Assembly: GCF_009914755.1 (NCBI RefSeq)
Contig: NC_060936.1
DNA from: the human T2T-CHM13v2.0 reference genome, Homo sapiens
Direction: 5' to 3' (one strand)
Length of the DNA: 64,000 nucleotides
The notes beneath the pieces were generated by a model. It had not been told where the DNA came from. It was given only the letters and a program-made list of their open reading frames with translations, and did no database searches. Positions 27,700 to 42,194 of this stretch are shown piece after piece (the stretch's first letter is position 1; each line of letters opens with the position of its first letter). The position numbers and the translations under genes were made by a program.

Positions 27700-28799
27700 T
27701 AAGACTGAATTCCACTTAAGCTGCTGGGGCCACCACTGGTGCTGGCATGGTCTATGACTAATCCCTCCTCTAGGCCTCAGGTCCTTCTCTTTCTCCCACC
27801 TGGAAAGCTCTCTCCTTCTACTTGTGCAAATCCTGCTAGTTCTTTACAGTCCAGATCAGATTTCACATCTTCCCTGAAAATTCCATCATTCTAAGACATT
27901 CTCATCTCTATATAGTTAGTCCATTTATTTAGCATTTCATTACTTTGTATTGTTTCATTCCCATTAGTTTTATTTCTGTAGCTATATCACGAACTTCTTA
28001 AAAGCAGCGTCCACTTTTTTTTTCTTATTTGTATTTCCACAAGTCAGGTAATATACATTAAGACTGAAGAAGTCCATCTGGCCCAGTTGTTCCCAAACAC
28101 TTTTTCATGGTCTGATCCAAAACATTCTTCTCACATAAATTCTGGACTGTTGTTTTTGAGGCACTTAATGCCCACACACCTCCAACCCTCAAGCTCACAG
28201 TGTTCAGTATAAGGGGAACCTTTGAGCTTCCTAACCACAAGCTGCTCTAGCGAGTCATCCAAACTGCAGCCAAAGGTATGGCACAATCATTGCTTGGACT
28301 TTCAGTTTAGTTTTCCCAGAATATTCCAAATGAAATAAAATAGGTTTTATTTTCTATTTTTTGCCAACACATCTATGTATTGCAAATAGTATTTTCTATG
28401 TTAAACTGTGAAAAAATAATATAGTATAGGAAACAGTTGGATGAATAAACTCTACTTTGTGATATATAATCAAATATAGATTTCCAAATTGATAATTGTT
28501 CAAGGAAATAATTACAGAAGTGGTATAAAATAAGCCTTTATATTATAAATGTATGAATTTTAATAATATTTTTCCTCCGTGAATACATATGTGCATATGT
28601 ATGCATGAATGTCTTATCGTGATAAGGACATCTGTATTCTGCAATTGAGTCCCTCTACCTTTTTTGCTGGTAAAAATGACCTTCGTCTTATTAAGTAATG
28701 GTGATAGTTGAATACAGTTCATTTAATAGCTTTATTTGCAAAACTAAAAAGTTGGCAATTCAATGTTTTTTATTCTACTCCAGCCTCATCAAAACCTTA

Positions 28800-28892
28800 A
28801 ATATGTATATATACATATATCTTATATACATCATATATATATATATATATATTTATGTATCTGTTTATGTGTATGCATACATATATGTATAT
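28800..28892. repeat. (TA)n / TATG low-complexity tract
   Basis: Direct read. Confidence 0.85.
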
Positions 28893-28893
28893 T

Positions 28894-29278
28894 TGCCTTA
28901 GTTCATTTGGCTGCTATAACAAAATTACCACAGACTGAGTAATTTATAAAAATAGAAATTCATTGTTTACAGTTCTAGAGGCTGGGAAGTCCAATATCAA
29001 GGCACTAGCAGACTCAGTGTTTGGTGAGGGCTTGCTCTGCAGTTCAAAGATGGCACCTATTATTGCATTGTCACATGGCAGCAGCAGAGAATGCTATGAT
29101 CTCACGTGGCAGGAGGGGCCAGGAAACTGCTTTTAAATTTCTTTCATCAGGGCACTAATCCCATTCATGAATGTGAAGACCTCATTACTTAATTACTTCC
29201 AAACAGGCCCCACCTCTTAGTGCCACCACAATGGGAATTAGGTTTCAACGTAAATTTTGGAAGAATTAGACCAAAGCA
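28894..29278 (-). mobile_element. MSTD/MLT1A-like MaLR LTR
   Basis: GCTGCTATAACAAAATTACCACAGACTGAGTAATTTATAAA...GAGGCTGGGAAGTCCAATATCAAGGC...GGCCCCACCTCTTA. Confidence 0.85.
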
Positions 29279-29299
29279 ATATGTATAGGTATATATGTC

Positions 29300-29913
29300 T
29301 GTTCAGTAAAGGGTTAACTTGGACTTGGGCTATTCAAATACTGTGCATTCCAACTGTCTTCAAGGCTGGCCTTGACTGGCTCCTAAGAGATAACCCATAA
29401 GGTCTTGGAATATCCTACCTAATAAACATGTCATTTTATACCTGAGCTTTGGGCCATGCCAGAAGTGTTTCTGCTAACAATGTGATGTATGGTGAATGTC
29501 TGTTTTTGTTCACCTGGGACCTAGGGCCATTCTCTATCAGTTTGACCTCTGGGAGGGACTGGAGACTGAGTAGCTAAGGTCAGTCATGACAGCACCTCAT
29601 GCCTACGTGACTGACCCCCAAGACTGACCCCAAAAATGCTGGAGTGAGTTTTCCTGGTTGGCCACACATGCTGTCACACCTTGTTACTGAGAGAATTAAG
29701 CGCTGTCTGCTGTTTCTACAACTTCACTTGAAGAAGATACCTGAAACCATGTGCTTACCTCTAGATTTCTGTGTGTTTTTCCTTTGCTGATTTTAATCTG
29801 TATCTTTTCTGCTGTAATAATCTGCAACCATGGGTATAACAGCTTTCTGAGTTCTGTGAAACCTTCCAGTGAAGCATCAAATCTAAGGATGGTCTTGGGA
29901 ACCCCCAGTACAA
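29300..29913 (+). mobile_element. MER77-like ERVL LTR
   Basis: AAAGGGTTAACT...GACTGGCTCCTAAGAGATAACC...CTTGGAATATCCT...ATGCCTACGTGACTGACCCCCAA...GGTCTTGGGAACCCCCAGTACA. Confidence 0.75.
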
Positions 29914-32284
29914 CATATATGGGTATATGTGATTCACTGGTTGTGAAACTCAAAACCTTGATAACCACTGAGCTCAGTTCATCCTCCCTCATTTCCACCT
30001 CCAGCATACCCCAACTCTACCCTGCCTCACCCACATCCCTATCTCCTGCCTCCTTTTCTCCATTTATAAATGAGGAAACATAGGCCCAGGGAGATTAAGT
30101 AATTTTCAGTATAATGTAATATTTAACATTCTGTAATATAATTACTTAGCCATCACAAAAATCCCAGAGGTTGGAACTAAAATCTTTATTTATAAGTGAG
30201 AACTCCGAAGGCTTGAGTAAGATACTTGTCAGAGGTCATCAGCTAGTTAAGATATGGAGTTGGGATTTAAGTCCAGATATTCTGACTCTAGACCCCAGCT
30301 CCTAACCTCTGTGTTCTAGTGTCTCAATGAATTAAGGAATGAATGAATTAAATCACTGCTATTAACCCTATCAAACCTTCTGTTCACTTTCTTGGGATTA
30401 CTTGCACACATTGTCTACAACGAAGCAGCCATTCATCATTAATGACTTAGACCAAAGAATACTGACTTACATAGCAGAGCCAATGTACTTAGCCGTATAG
30501 GTATGTTGTGCCATTTGCCATGTGTGCTCTATGAGTGACACCTCCTAGAGGTATTCAATGCAGTGGCCTAACACTAAGCCTAATTGCTGAACAATTAGGT
30601 AATCTGAGAAGTAAAAAGCTTAATTCAGGGGGCATACAAGGTTTATAATTGGGACTATTCATCTACCTGCAAAAAAGATTCCCTTTGAAGTACAATGATT
30701 AAATACTTATGTTTGTAGTTTGCTAAGAAATTCAGTATACAAGGATAGATCAGATAACTGTTTCTGCACTTATATTTCTTAATATTTAATTAGGGAGAGA
30801 AGCCAGTGGTTCACTCACAAATCATAATTTGAAGAACTCACTATAAAGACTGAAATTCACCAGGCCATCATTTTCTTTCTTATAACAATGCAGTCAACTC
30901 ATCACCACTTAATGAGAGGCAGAATAACTAGGCAGTTAAGAACACAGATTGGAGAGCTTGAATCCCAGCTTCATTGCCAGAAGTTTTGTGAATTTGGCCA
31001 TGTTACTCAACCTCTCAATGCCTACATTTCTTCGTATGTAAAATGTGAATGATAACAACAGTATCTACTCTGGGTATTAGGAGCTCAAAATGAACTAATG
31101 TTTGCAAATGTTTAGCACAAGTTCAAGCACATGGTAAATGCTGCATAAGTATATATTAAGTAAGTATTGTGCTTGGAGAGAACTTTAAATCTTTTTTTTC
31201 ATTCTCACTGATTTATCATTTCTAACATGTCTTATACATTTAGACGACTTTAGTTAGTTTATGTTGTTTGGTCACATTTAAGAATAAGATGAAAGAAAAA
31301 GAGGAGGGGAAATAATCCATATTAATATCATTGCTTTTCCTTGCCATCAGTAGATTGAAAATCTACTCAGGATGCACAGTTTCTGGTTCTGGGAAAACTG
31401 TTAAACACACTGGAATTATTTCGTATCACAGAAACAAACATACACAAACATTTTATGAACTCTTAACCAACAGGTGAGGAAATTAAAGCCAAGCTTAAAG
31501 TCTCCATGAAAAAGGCTCGAATTACAATACGAATTTGCCCTCAACTAAAATGAATGACTTCAGAAAAAAAACTGGAAATTTCAGGGCCTCCCAAACAAAA
31601 CAAATTCAAAGTTTTGGTTTATCTCATAATTGTCTTTTGCAGTCCAAGCAGACTGACAGAATGAATCAAACTTCTAAGATGTGGTGACATTTAGTTATCC
31701 TACTTAGATAGGTACAAATATTTTTAGAAATTTGCCCAGAGTCTAACAGGAAAAAGTATTGGAACAAAAGAAAGATTTCTATATTGGCTGCATTGTCCTT
31801 ATACTAACTCAATAACGAAAATAAGAATCAAGGAATATAACAATTATGTACCCACCTCTGAAGTGTTTAAAGGAGTAATTGACCTTTCACAGGCTGAGGT
31901 AGTTACATACATTTTACTCCATAATTATTTACTTTGGAAATAACAGAGTAGCTATTTAACTTCCTTTTTCTTTCCTTCTACCCCATTGATGTGAGGCAGA
32001 CCTTTTCTGTAAAAGGAAACAGGATCTTAATAAATCATTGGCAACAATCAAACTTAATCATAATCACCTCTCACCTACAAGAGGTATCAAAAGTTAAAAC
32101 TGCATATTTTATTTCCATCATGACTTTCTCTCTATTTTGAAATTATCTTGTTCAAATGTATCCAAATAACAACCTTCACTAATTTCGCTTGAAGATACTA
32201 GAAAATGCTGTGGCAAACTGTCCAAAATAACTTCCTAGAAATTCTGAGCAAATTGGACTGCTTCAATTTTACAATAACTATTAA

Positions 32285-33887
<1,603 letters not shown>

Positions 33888-35282
33888 TATATAATATATA
33901 TATGTATTTTTTTTTAAGAAATAATAGTAATCTCACATAAGCTCTCCCCAAGAATAGGAAATAGGAAACTCTTCCCACCGGGGTGAAATCTGATGAGAAA
34001 GAATGATGTGAGTAGATTTTTAAAGTAGTTTAGGGGAGTACACACCATAAACTTTAGAAACAAATATAATTTTATAACTGTTCTGATTTTCAACTCTAAT
34101 TAAAGCTCAAAAAATTTGCTTCTTGGTGTAACTAAATTTTTACTAATAGAATAAAGAAATTCATGTATACAGTATTTGTTGAATACCTCTCTTCTCCCTT
34201 CTTTTTAACTTCTCCCCTGACAGTGGCTGTCCCTCATGCATTAACATGTGCAATTGCCTTCCTTCCTCAAAACTCTCCCTTAGCCCTGTCATTTCCTCTG
34301 CCATCTACTCCCTACCTTAGCCATCCAGACTTGAAAAATTAACTAGATTTTTGTCTCTAATTTTTCACTTCCCATTTTTTCTTTTAGCTTCAGCAATCTG
34401 ATTTTGGTAATTCTATTCAAAATGCTTTCAGAAAAGTCACGAATGAACCCCAAATTGCCAAATGCAACGTGAGCTTTTTAGTCTTTGTTTTGCTGGACCT
34501 TTCTACTGCACTTAACACTGTTAATGAGGAACTGCTTCTTGAAACTTTTCTCCATTGACAACTTTAATAATAATATCTCTGGCTTTCTAATCATTATGTT
34601 TCTGCCTCTTTGGGTCCTTCCTCCTTTGATTACTTTGTATCTTTCCTTCAGGGGCCCAAGAGGTATGAAGACTATATGAGTACAGTTTCAAAAAGTAAAC
34701 AGCCTTTCAGAAAAATTTAAATGCAAATTTACTGGTTATATACATGAAGTAGAATTGCATGAATATATTTCTAAATAGGTGCTCTATTCAACTTTTTAAT
34801 ATATGCAATATTTTTATTCAGCAAATTAATTTATGTATTTATAATTGCTCTGCTAAAGCTTTGAAGAAATATTTTATTAAGTTGATTAAATATTGCCTCT
34901 CATTTTCTGTGAATTTATTATGAAAAATGTAAATAGTCTGGAAATAATATTTAATGCTATCTGAAATTCTGATTTAATTAATTTGTCTGAATCTAAGTTA
35001 ATCAGAATTGCAACCAACTCTACATTTCACTGATTAAAACATTTTAAATGCATCATGATAAGTTGTATTACTATCCTTAAAATAAGTAACCATATTCAGA
35101 AGAAAAAATAGCTACACATTTAAACTTCTATCTTGCTCATCTTTGGAAACTTTAGGGATGACCCTTCCTTGCTTTCAAGACAAATCAGAATTTTCAGCAT
35201 TCAGAATATAAGTGACAAGGTTGATAAGACAAGACATATATTACTTTCTACGAAACCTTTAAAAGGCAAACCAGTTACTCAC

Positions 35283-35353
35283 CAGCACAGCTCCATACAC
35301 AACACAGAGACTGAGACAAAGTCTTCCTAGAAGTACTTCACAATTGGCCCTTT
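35283..35353 (-). other. Candidate internal exon, 71 nt
   Basis: Minus strand: TGTTCTTATTTCACTTGTAG| ... GCTG|GTGAGT; both splice sites are near consensus. Confidence 0.5.
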
Positions 35354-38300
35354 CTACAAGTGAAATAAGAACATAATTGTAATCTCTACCTAATAGCCTG
35401 AAGCCTTTCCCTGGTAGTCAGTTTAAACTGAATTAAACTACACATGAATATACAAGTCAACAATTAAAGGGAGATTGCAAAATATGGGCCAAGAGAGTCC
35501 TGACTGAGATGCTAGAAAATTATGACTTGTCTAAGTACCAGAAAGTATTTATATTAACTTGCCCTTTTGCAAGAGAAAAAAAAAGTAGTTGAGAAGTAGT
35601 TTTATCAAACACTTTTTTGAATCAGAAAAGCAAGTGCTATTCACCTCGCTGTAACTGCGAGTACGGTTTAAAGTCTAAATGTGTCCTCAAAATAAGGAAC
35701 ACATGCAAATAATCATCTGTGAACTTAATATATATGATTCTGATAAATTCTCTGAAAGCAGTATCTCAAGCTGGGCAAATTCACAAAATGGTAAAATATA
35801 TGTTGAATTCACCCAAACAAATAATTTCAGCTATTTGTCTACAAATTACAATCTCACATTGGCAGTTGCTCACTCATCTAATAAATTATAGCCTTCTGAT
35901 TAATGATCTAGTCCACAAAATCAGAGAAAACCATAGACCAAAATTTAGGATGTTTATTTTCAATTTTTAAATCTTTCTTAAAACAGTTTTAAAATATTGT
36001 CTAACAAAAAAAAGTCCTTATTCTTTAGTTTGACTTTAATTCTCATACATTCTTTCAGGGAGTAAATATAAATCATTAAAAAATGGAAATTTTCTAAGCA
36101 GGAAAAAATCAATGAAAAGGAACTTGTGTAGTAGATTATTCTACTTGGAAAGGTATAGCTAAGTTTTTTAATACATTTTCATGTTTTAAAGAACATGAAA
36201 TTTTTAAGTTGAAACAGAATCTGCAACTCCTTCATTGTATTTCAGTTTTGGGTAAAATTTCTTCACCAAACATGAGGCTATTCTCACAAAGAATTCTCTT
36301 TTCCTACATAAAATGCCCAGCTGCCCTTTGGGTCACTGTGGGAAAAGGTGTGTGTAAAGCAAATATGTGCATCGGCATGTAACCCAATCCTAAGAAGGAA
36401 CTCATTAATTTCATTTTAGATGAGTCTTCATAAGGTGGAGCATGTCTTCATAAAGTGAAGCATAATGTAAAAATGCTGGAAGGGTCTTCATACTCATAGT
36501 ACAAAGACTGAATAAAGGATACCATAATGGTGCCTAACATATTTGATATAAATTCAAGCATTTGCAAGAGGTGTTTTGATGTCTGTTTCCCATTAATGAC
36601 AGAACAAAGCAGCTACTGCCTATGTCCCCCACCCACCTCAGTTTGCCCCTGTCAATCTTAACTGCAGCAGATTTTTCCCTTAGCTGACATGAAGAGAAGT
36701 GCTCTGCCATATCATATAACCCTAGCTTTTGGGAATGACTTTTTGAAAATCTAGCAGAACCAGAAAAAGGTGAATGAGGCAAGAACAAAAATTGAATCAG
36801 AGTATGATTTTTGCTAACCCTAGCCTTGATTTACTTCCATCCCAGGTTTCTTGTCTGGCCCTTACCACAGCAGAGAGTGGTCTAAATTTGTCTAGGGTTG
36901 CCTTTTATACCCTGTCAACTCTCACACTTTCCTCTTGATCAAACTCTTCAGTCATAGCACCACAACTGCCTTCAAGGCAAATCCCTGTTTCCTATTAAAA
37001 TCTACTTTCTCAGTTCTCAACCTCCAACACCTCTGCTTCTTCCAAAATGTCTGAATTGAAGTAACAACTGTAATGAATTAATCCATTCTAATGAAGATGG
37101 GTGGAGAACCCTAAAACCACTCCCTATTGCCCAAGAAAATTAATACATTTTAACAATAACCTGAAATAGTGAAAGATAATATTTATGGCCTCAAAAAGAA
37201 GACATTTAGAGATTAGATGAAACTTGAATATCCTTCCCTCCTTTTTTCCACTTGTGATATAACTTGTATCTTTTTTGTTGACTCCTCAGATAGGCATGCC
37301 GCCATAAAAAAAGTCAGGTATCAGAGTTTGTGACCCTCTCTGCAACTTACTAGGTGTATTTCCTAGGACAAGTCATTAATCTTCCTAAGTTTTATGCCCA
37401 CCAATTGTAAATAGACTTCATAAAATATCTAACTCATAGAGTCATTACATGAATCACACTGACTTTTCATGAATATGAAAAGCAACAAAAAATTAAAAAT
37501 TCTCCATTTTTTATTTAGTCTTACCACAAATCCCACCACTTTTATTACCTGACCTTAACTTACTAGTCATGATGATACTTTTTTCTAGTTTTAATCAGTG
37601 AGCAGATTCTTTACTGCCACACTTTAAAATTTGTCACAGCTTTAACTATATACAGTTGATAACTTTTTCCTAATGAACCATATGTTATACTTTCTTTATA
37701 ATAAATTACCAAGCAAGAATAACTAAAAGCAAGACCCTGGCATGTGGCCAAGCTGTCATCATCAAAGCTGGGTTTGGCTTGTGTGAAGAGAAGACTGTTG
37801 AATTTCAGATGGTCCAAGAGCAGGAATATATTTTTCATATGCCAAGCAGGCAGCAAAGAAATAAACATGTAGTGATATAACTGTAACCTTTTGGCGTAGC
37901 TGTGGGAAACAAGGAAGAAGTGAAATAAATCCACCAATTCCCAGAAATGCCATCACAAAAAAAAAGGAGGTTAACATTAAAGAAAGGGTCAGAAAGTCAT
38001 GAAGTAGAAAAACAGAATCACTAGGAGTGACAAAATTTCCAAGTAGTCATAGTGGTCCATGGTTAATGTTGACTTGAGCTACTATGGAAAGACTGATGGT
38101 GGCAAGTTGATCTAAACAGCAAGATTTAATGACAAAGTATAATCACAAGTTTTATTTTAAAGCCTCCAAGAATCTTTTTATCTGAATGATAACTTATTTG
38201 GCAATAAGAAAGTAAAATGGCTGAGTATCTCAAAATCACATGGTCCTAGAAAAACCTGAAATAGATTTCTTACAACCATTGTTCTTGTTGCTAAAAAAGA

Positions 38301-38542
38301 CAAACAGAATTTTATCTCTTTGAAATGGCTCACTTCTTTGGAACATAATCTTCACATTAATTTAAACATAGAAATCATGCTGTATGTTGGTTTCCGTCTT
38401 TTTAAAAAGTCTATTGTTAGAAAAATATTATTTCATTCAAATGTAAATATAGATTAAAATTTATTTCTGAAACAAAGTCTCCTTCATCCTTCCTTATTTT
38501 CATGATAAAATCACTCACCTTGAAGGGTCATGAACTCTTTTT

Positions 38543-39050
38543 TAAAAAAAATGTATAAACAATAGAAATGTATTGCTTATAGTTCCTGGAGGCTGGGAAG
38601 TCTAAGATCAAGGTTCCAGAAGATTCAGTGTATGGTGAGGGGCTGTTCCTCATAGATAATGCCATCTATGGGTTCTCTTATGGCAGAAGGGGCAAACAAG
38701 CTCCCTCAGACCTTTGTTACAACAGTACTAATTCATGAGAGTGGAGCCCTCATGCCCTATCACCTCCTAAAGGCCCCACCTCTTAATATCGTTACCCTGG
38801 AGGTTAGTTTCAACGTGTGAATTTGGGAGACACAGACATTCAGATCATAGCAGGCCTCATCATCTGTGATTAGTTCTTATTTTATTATTTTTAATTGGCA
38901 AACAATAATCATATATATTTATGGGATGCAATATGATATTTCAACACATGTATACATTGTAGAATGATCAAACCAGGCCAGTCAGCATATCCAACACCTC
39001 AAATATTTATCATTTCTTTGAAGTGAAAACACTTAAAATCCTCTCATTTA
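38543..39050 (-). mobile_element. 5'-truncated L1MA (~170 bp, 38880-39050) plus a 3'-transduced segment containing an MLT1A/MSTD-like LTR fragment (38552-38853)
   Basis: 14-bp direct repeat CATGAACTCTTTTT at 38529-38542 and 39051-39064 encloses both pieces; the LTR is cut just past its poly(A) signal position (AATACA on minus, 38569-38574). Confidence 0.75.
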
Positions 39051-39933
39051 CATGAACTCTTTTTATAAAATCACTCATAATGACTCATGTCATTGTCTCT
39101 GACATATTATCTTTCTGAAAACATGCTGCAAATAGAGTAATAACACTGGCAACATTGCTTTGACTATGAGGGATCATTTAAGCTATTTTTAAAAGAATAT
39201 AAAGTATGGGTTTGTATTAATTAAAAATGTATATGTGTGGGGGAGTTCTTATAGACTTTGTATAAATATGAACTTGTTTAAATAATGTAAATGGTATTTT
39301 ATGATATAATTTATTCAATACTTTAATATTAAAAATTATTGGTTTCATTTTCTTTTTATTTTAGACTTCGGGTGGAACTTTCTTTCAACTAAGGTCCAAG
39401 GATCTCTTCAGCATTTATTTCTTCTCTTTGAGCTGTGAATAGTGTTATACTTATCACAGAAAATAGTCATGTTCCTTCACGGCAGAATTTCAGATTAATG
39501 GTCCAGGATTCCACTAAAAAACTAATAATTTATTTAAAATAGTGATTTTCTCCCAATAAGTAAAAAGTGCCTTTCTTCAAATCTTGAAAATGAATTTAAA
39601 GATGTTTTAGGAAAAGAATGGAGCTGACCCAGGGGATAGGAAAAAGTAGAACATCTGTGAGAATGACAGTTGACAGTTTTTTTAAAAAAGAACAGGATTG
39701 AGAATGAAGACAATCAATAATTATATCAATAGAATGAATATGTATTATTTAAGAATTCTCAGAATTTTAGAACAATACAAATGTGGCCAGATAAAAAGTT
39801 TGTTATTAGACGTTTGTTCTTTTATAAGGTAAAGATTAAAATAGATATCTAAGGTTAAAAAAAGAAAAATTGCAGATTACAGGTATAGTATGCATTGTTA
39901 AAGAAAATATAGCATATTTGAGATATGTCTTAC

Positions 39934-39993
39934 CTTTATGATATTGATATAAAACACAATTACCGCTAGTCCCCAACAAAGACCATAGGTTCA
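39934..39993 (-). other. Candidate internal exon, 60 nt
   Basis: Minus strand: CTGCATTTTCTTTACAG| ... AAAG|GTAAGA. Confidence 0.4.
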
Positions 39994-40255
39994 CTGTAAA
40001 GAAAATGCAGCAGGATTGGTCAGATGCAGGAATTTCAAAGCCAATTTTTAAGTCTAAGACATTTTAACAGTAGTTGTTATTTCACAATGATGACAGCATA
40101 AGTAACTTGTTTCTCTTCCTATTTTTACAAGTGTTCTCTAAAGTTTTTATATGTTTTTTTCACAATGTGTATGTGTGTGTATATATATGTGTATGTATGT
40201 ATGCATGTATGTATAAGTCTAAAAGTATAGATTTGCCTGTTCATATATGATTAAC

Positions 40256-40839
40256 TTTTTATTTTATTTTGTTTTAATTTTATTATTATTATACTTTAAG
40301 TTTTAGGGTACATGTGCACAATGTGCAGGTTTGTTACATATGTATACATGTGCCATGTTGGTGTGCTGCACCCATTAACTCGTCATTTAGCATTAGGTAT
40401 ATCTCCTAAGGCTATCCCTCCCCCCTCCCCCCACCCCACAACAGTCCCCAGTGTGTGATGTTACCCTTCCTGTGTCCATGTGTTCTCATTGTTCAATTCC
40501 CACCTATGAGTGAGAACATGTGGTGTTTGGTTTTTTGTCCTTGTGATAGTTTGCTGAGAATGATGGTTTCCAGTTTCATCCATGTCCCTACAAAGGACAT
40601 GAACTCATCATTTGTTATGGCTGCATAGTATTCCATGGTGTATATGTGCCACATTTTCTTAATCCAGTCTATCGTTGTTGGACATTTAGGTTGGTTCCAA
40701 GTCTTTGCTATTGTGAATAGTGCCGCTATAAACATACATGTGCATGTGTCTTTATAGCAGCATGATTTATAATCCTTTGGGTGTATACCCAGTAATGGGA
40801 TGGCTGGATCAAATGGTATTTCTAGTTCTAGATCCCTGA
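40256..40839 (-). mobile_element. L1PA (about PA3-5), 5'-truncated, ~580 bp
   Basis: TATACTTTAAGTTTTAGGGTACATGTGCACAATGTGCAGG 3'UTR; ORF2 end MFIAALFTIAKTWNQPKCP...SLIGGN* (ORF 40493-40735). Confidence 0.96.
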
Positions 40840-40955
40840 AAAAATCAGTTTTCTCTCTAAACTTTTTTGAAATCTAAATTTGAGGGCTCACATAGCATTT
40901 TTCTGCAGTTATCAGCTATGCTAGTTTTAAATTTGGAAATGAAAGTACTATGAAA

Positions 40956-41315
40956 TGTCAGAGATTGTATTCTACTTAGAAGCCAGCAAATTAGCCAGCC
41001 ATAGTTTACTGGATGCTTGTGGAAGACATGAGTCTCCTGAATCAGAGACACAGGATAGTTCATTAGTCACAGCAATAGAAGCAAACTATTTATTAGTCAC
41101 AGCAATACAGCAAATTTGCGCTCTATCCCTGAGCCCCAATTCCTGTAAGGTGATAAAGAGAGACCCAGTGAATCGTGCACGTGTAGGAGGTTGCATTATG
41201 GGAGTGGAATTCAGAGTTTAGGGAACTCGAATCTGTTCACAGCAGGCACTAAACCTGCCCAATCTTGCACCAAAAAGAAACATATTCATAATATTGGACA
41301 GTAAAGAAACCTGCT
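40956..41315. mobile_element. ERVL LTR fragment (MER54/MER74 group)
   Basis: TTAGCCAGCCATAGTTTACTGGATGCTTGTGGAAGACATGAGTCTCCTGAATCAGAGACA; family from memory. Confidence 0.55.
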
Positions 41316-41323
41316 GTATATAA

Positions 41324-41340
41324 AGATAGATGATAGATAG

Positions 41341-41376
<36 letters not shown>

Positions 41377-41510
41377 CGAGATAGATGCACATCTGTGTGT
41401 ATCTATCTCTAATATACGTATCTGTGTGTATCTATATCTATGGATATAGATATCTGTGTGTGTATATGTGTATATGTATATGTCTGCATATATATATTTA
41501 TATATATAAA
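41324..41510. repeat. (GATA)n tetranucleotide STR followed by TA/TG low-complexity sequence
   Basis: About 8 uninterrupted GATA units at 41343-41374. Confidence 0.93.
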
Positions 41511-41709
41511 ATACTCATAGGAGTATTATAAACTCATATACATTCCTTAGATATTCTCTAGAAAACACAAGAACTTGAAGGATGGCAAACTATAAAGATG
41601 ATGGTGATCTCTGGAGAATCTGGAGAGGTCCAAAATTGGGAGCAAGTGGGATTTTAGCTTTATCTCTAAAATCCCAAATTGTAATTTAAATAGACTATAT
41701 ATTCATATG

Positions 41710-42194
41710 TGTGGTAGGCTGAAAGTGCCCCAAGCCCAAAGATACAGGTTCTAATCTTAGAACCTAAAAATGTTACTAATACGTCAAAAACTTTGCGGAT
41801 GTGATTAATTTAGATTATTCTAAACTATCAGACTGGGTCCTAAATGTAATCACAACTGTACTTATAACACTGAGGTAAAGGGAGACTTGACACAGACACA
41901 CAAAGGAAAAGGCAACGCAAAGATAGAAAGAAGAGAGAAAAAAGTTGGAAGTTGCTGGTTGGAGCGATGCAGTCACAAGCCAAAGAATGGCAAGAGCCAT
42001 CAGAGGCTGGAAAAGGCAGGCAACAGAATCTTCCCTAGAGCCTCTGGAGGCAGCATAGCCCTGACCACACCTTGATTTCTGCCCAGTGGAACTCATTTCA
42101 GAGCTAGAGCCTCCAGAACTGGAAATACATTTCTGTAGTTTTAAGTCACCCAATTTGTGGTAACTTGCTACAACAGCCACAAGAAACTAATACA
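41710..42194 (+). mobile_element. MLT1C/D MaLR LTR
   Basis: TGTGGTAGGCTGAA...CTTTGCGGATGTGATTAA...CCTAAATGTAATCACAA...CCCTAGAGCCTC...ACAGCCACAAGAAACTAATACA. Confidence 0.88.
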
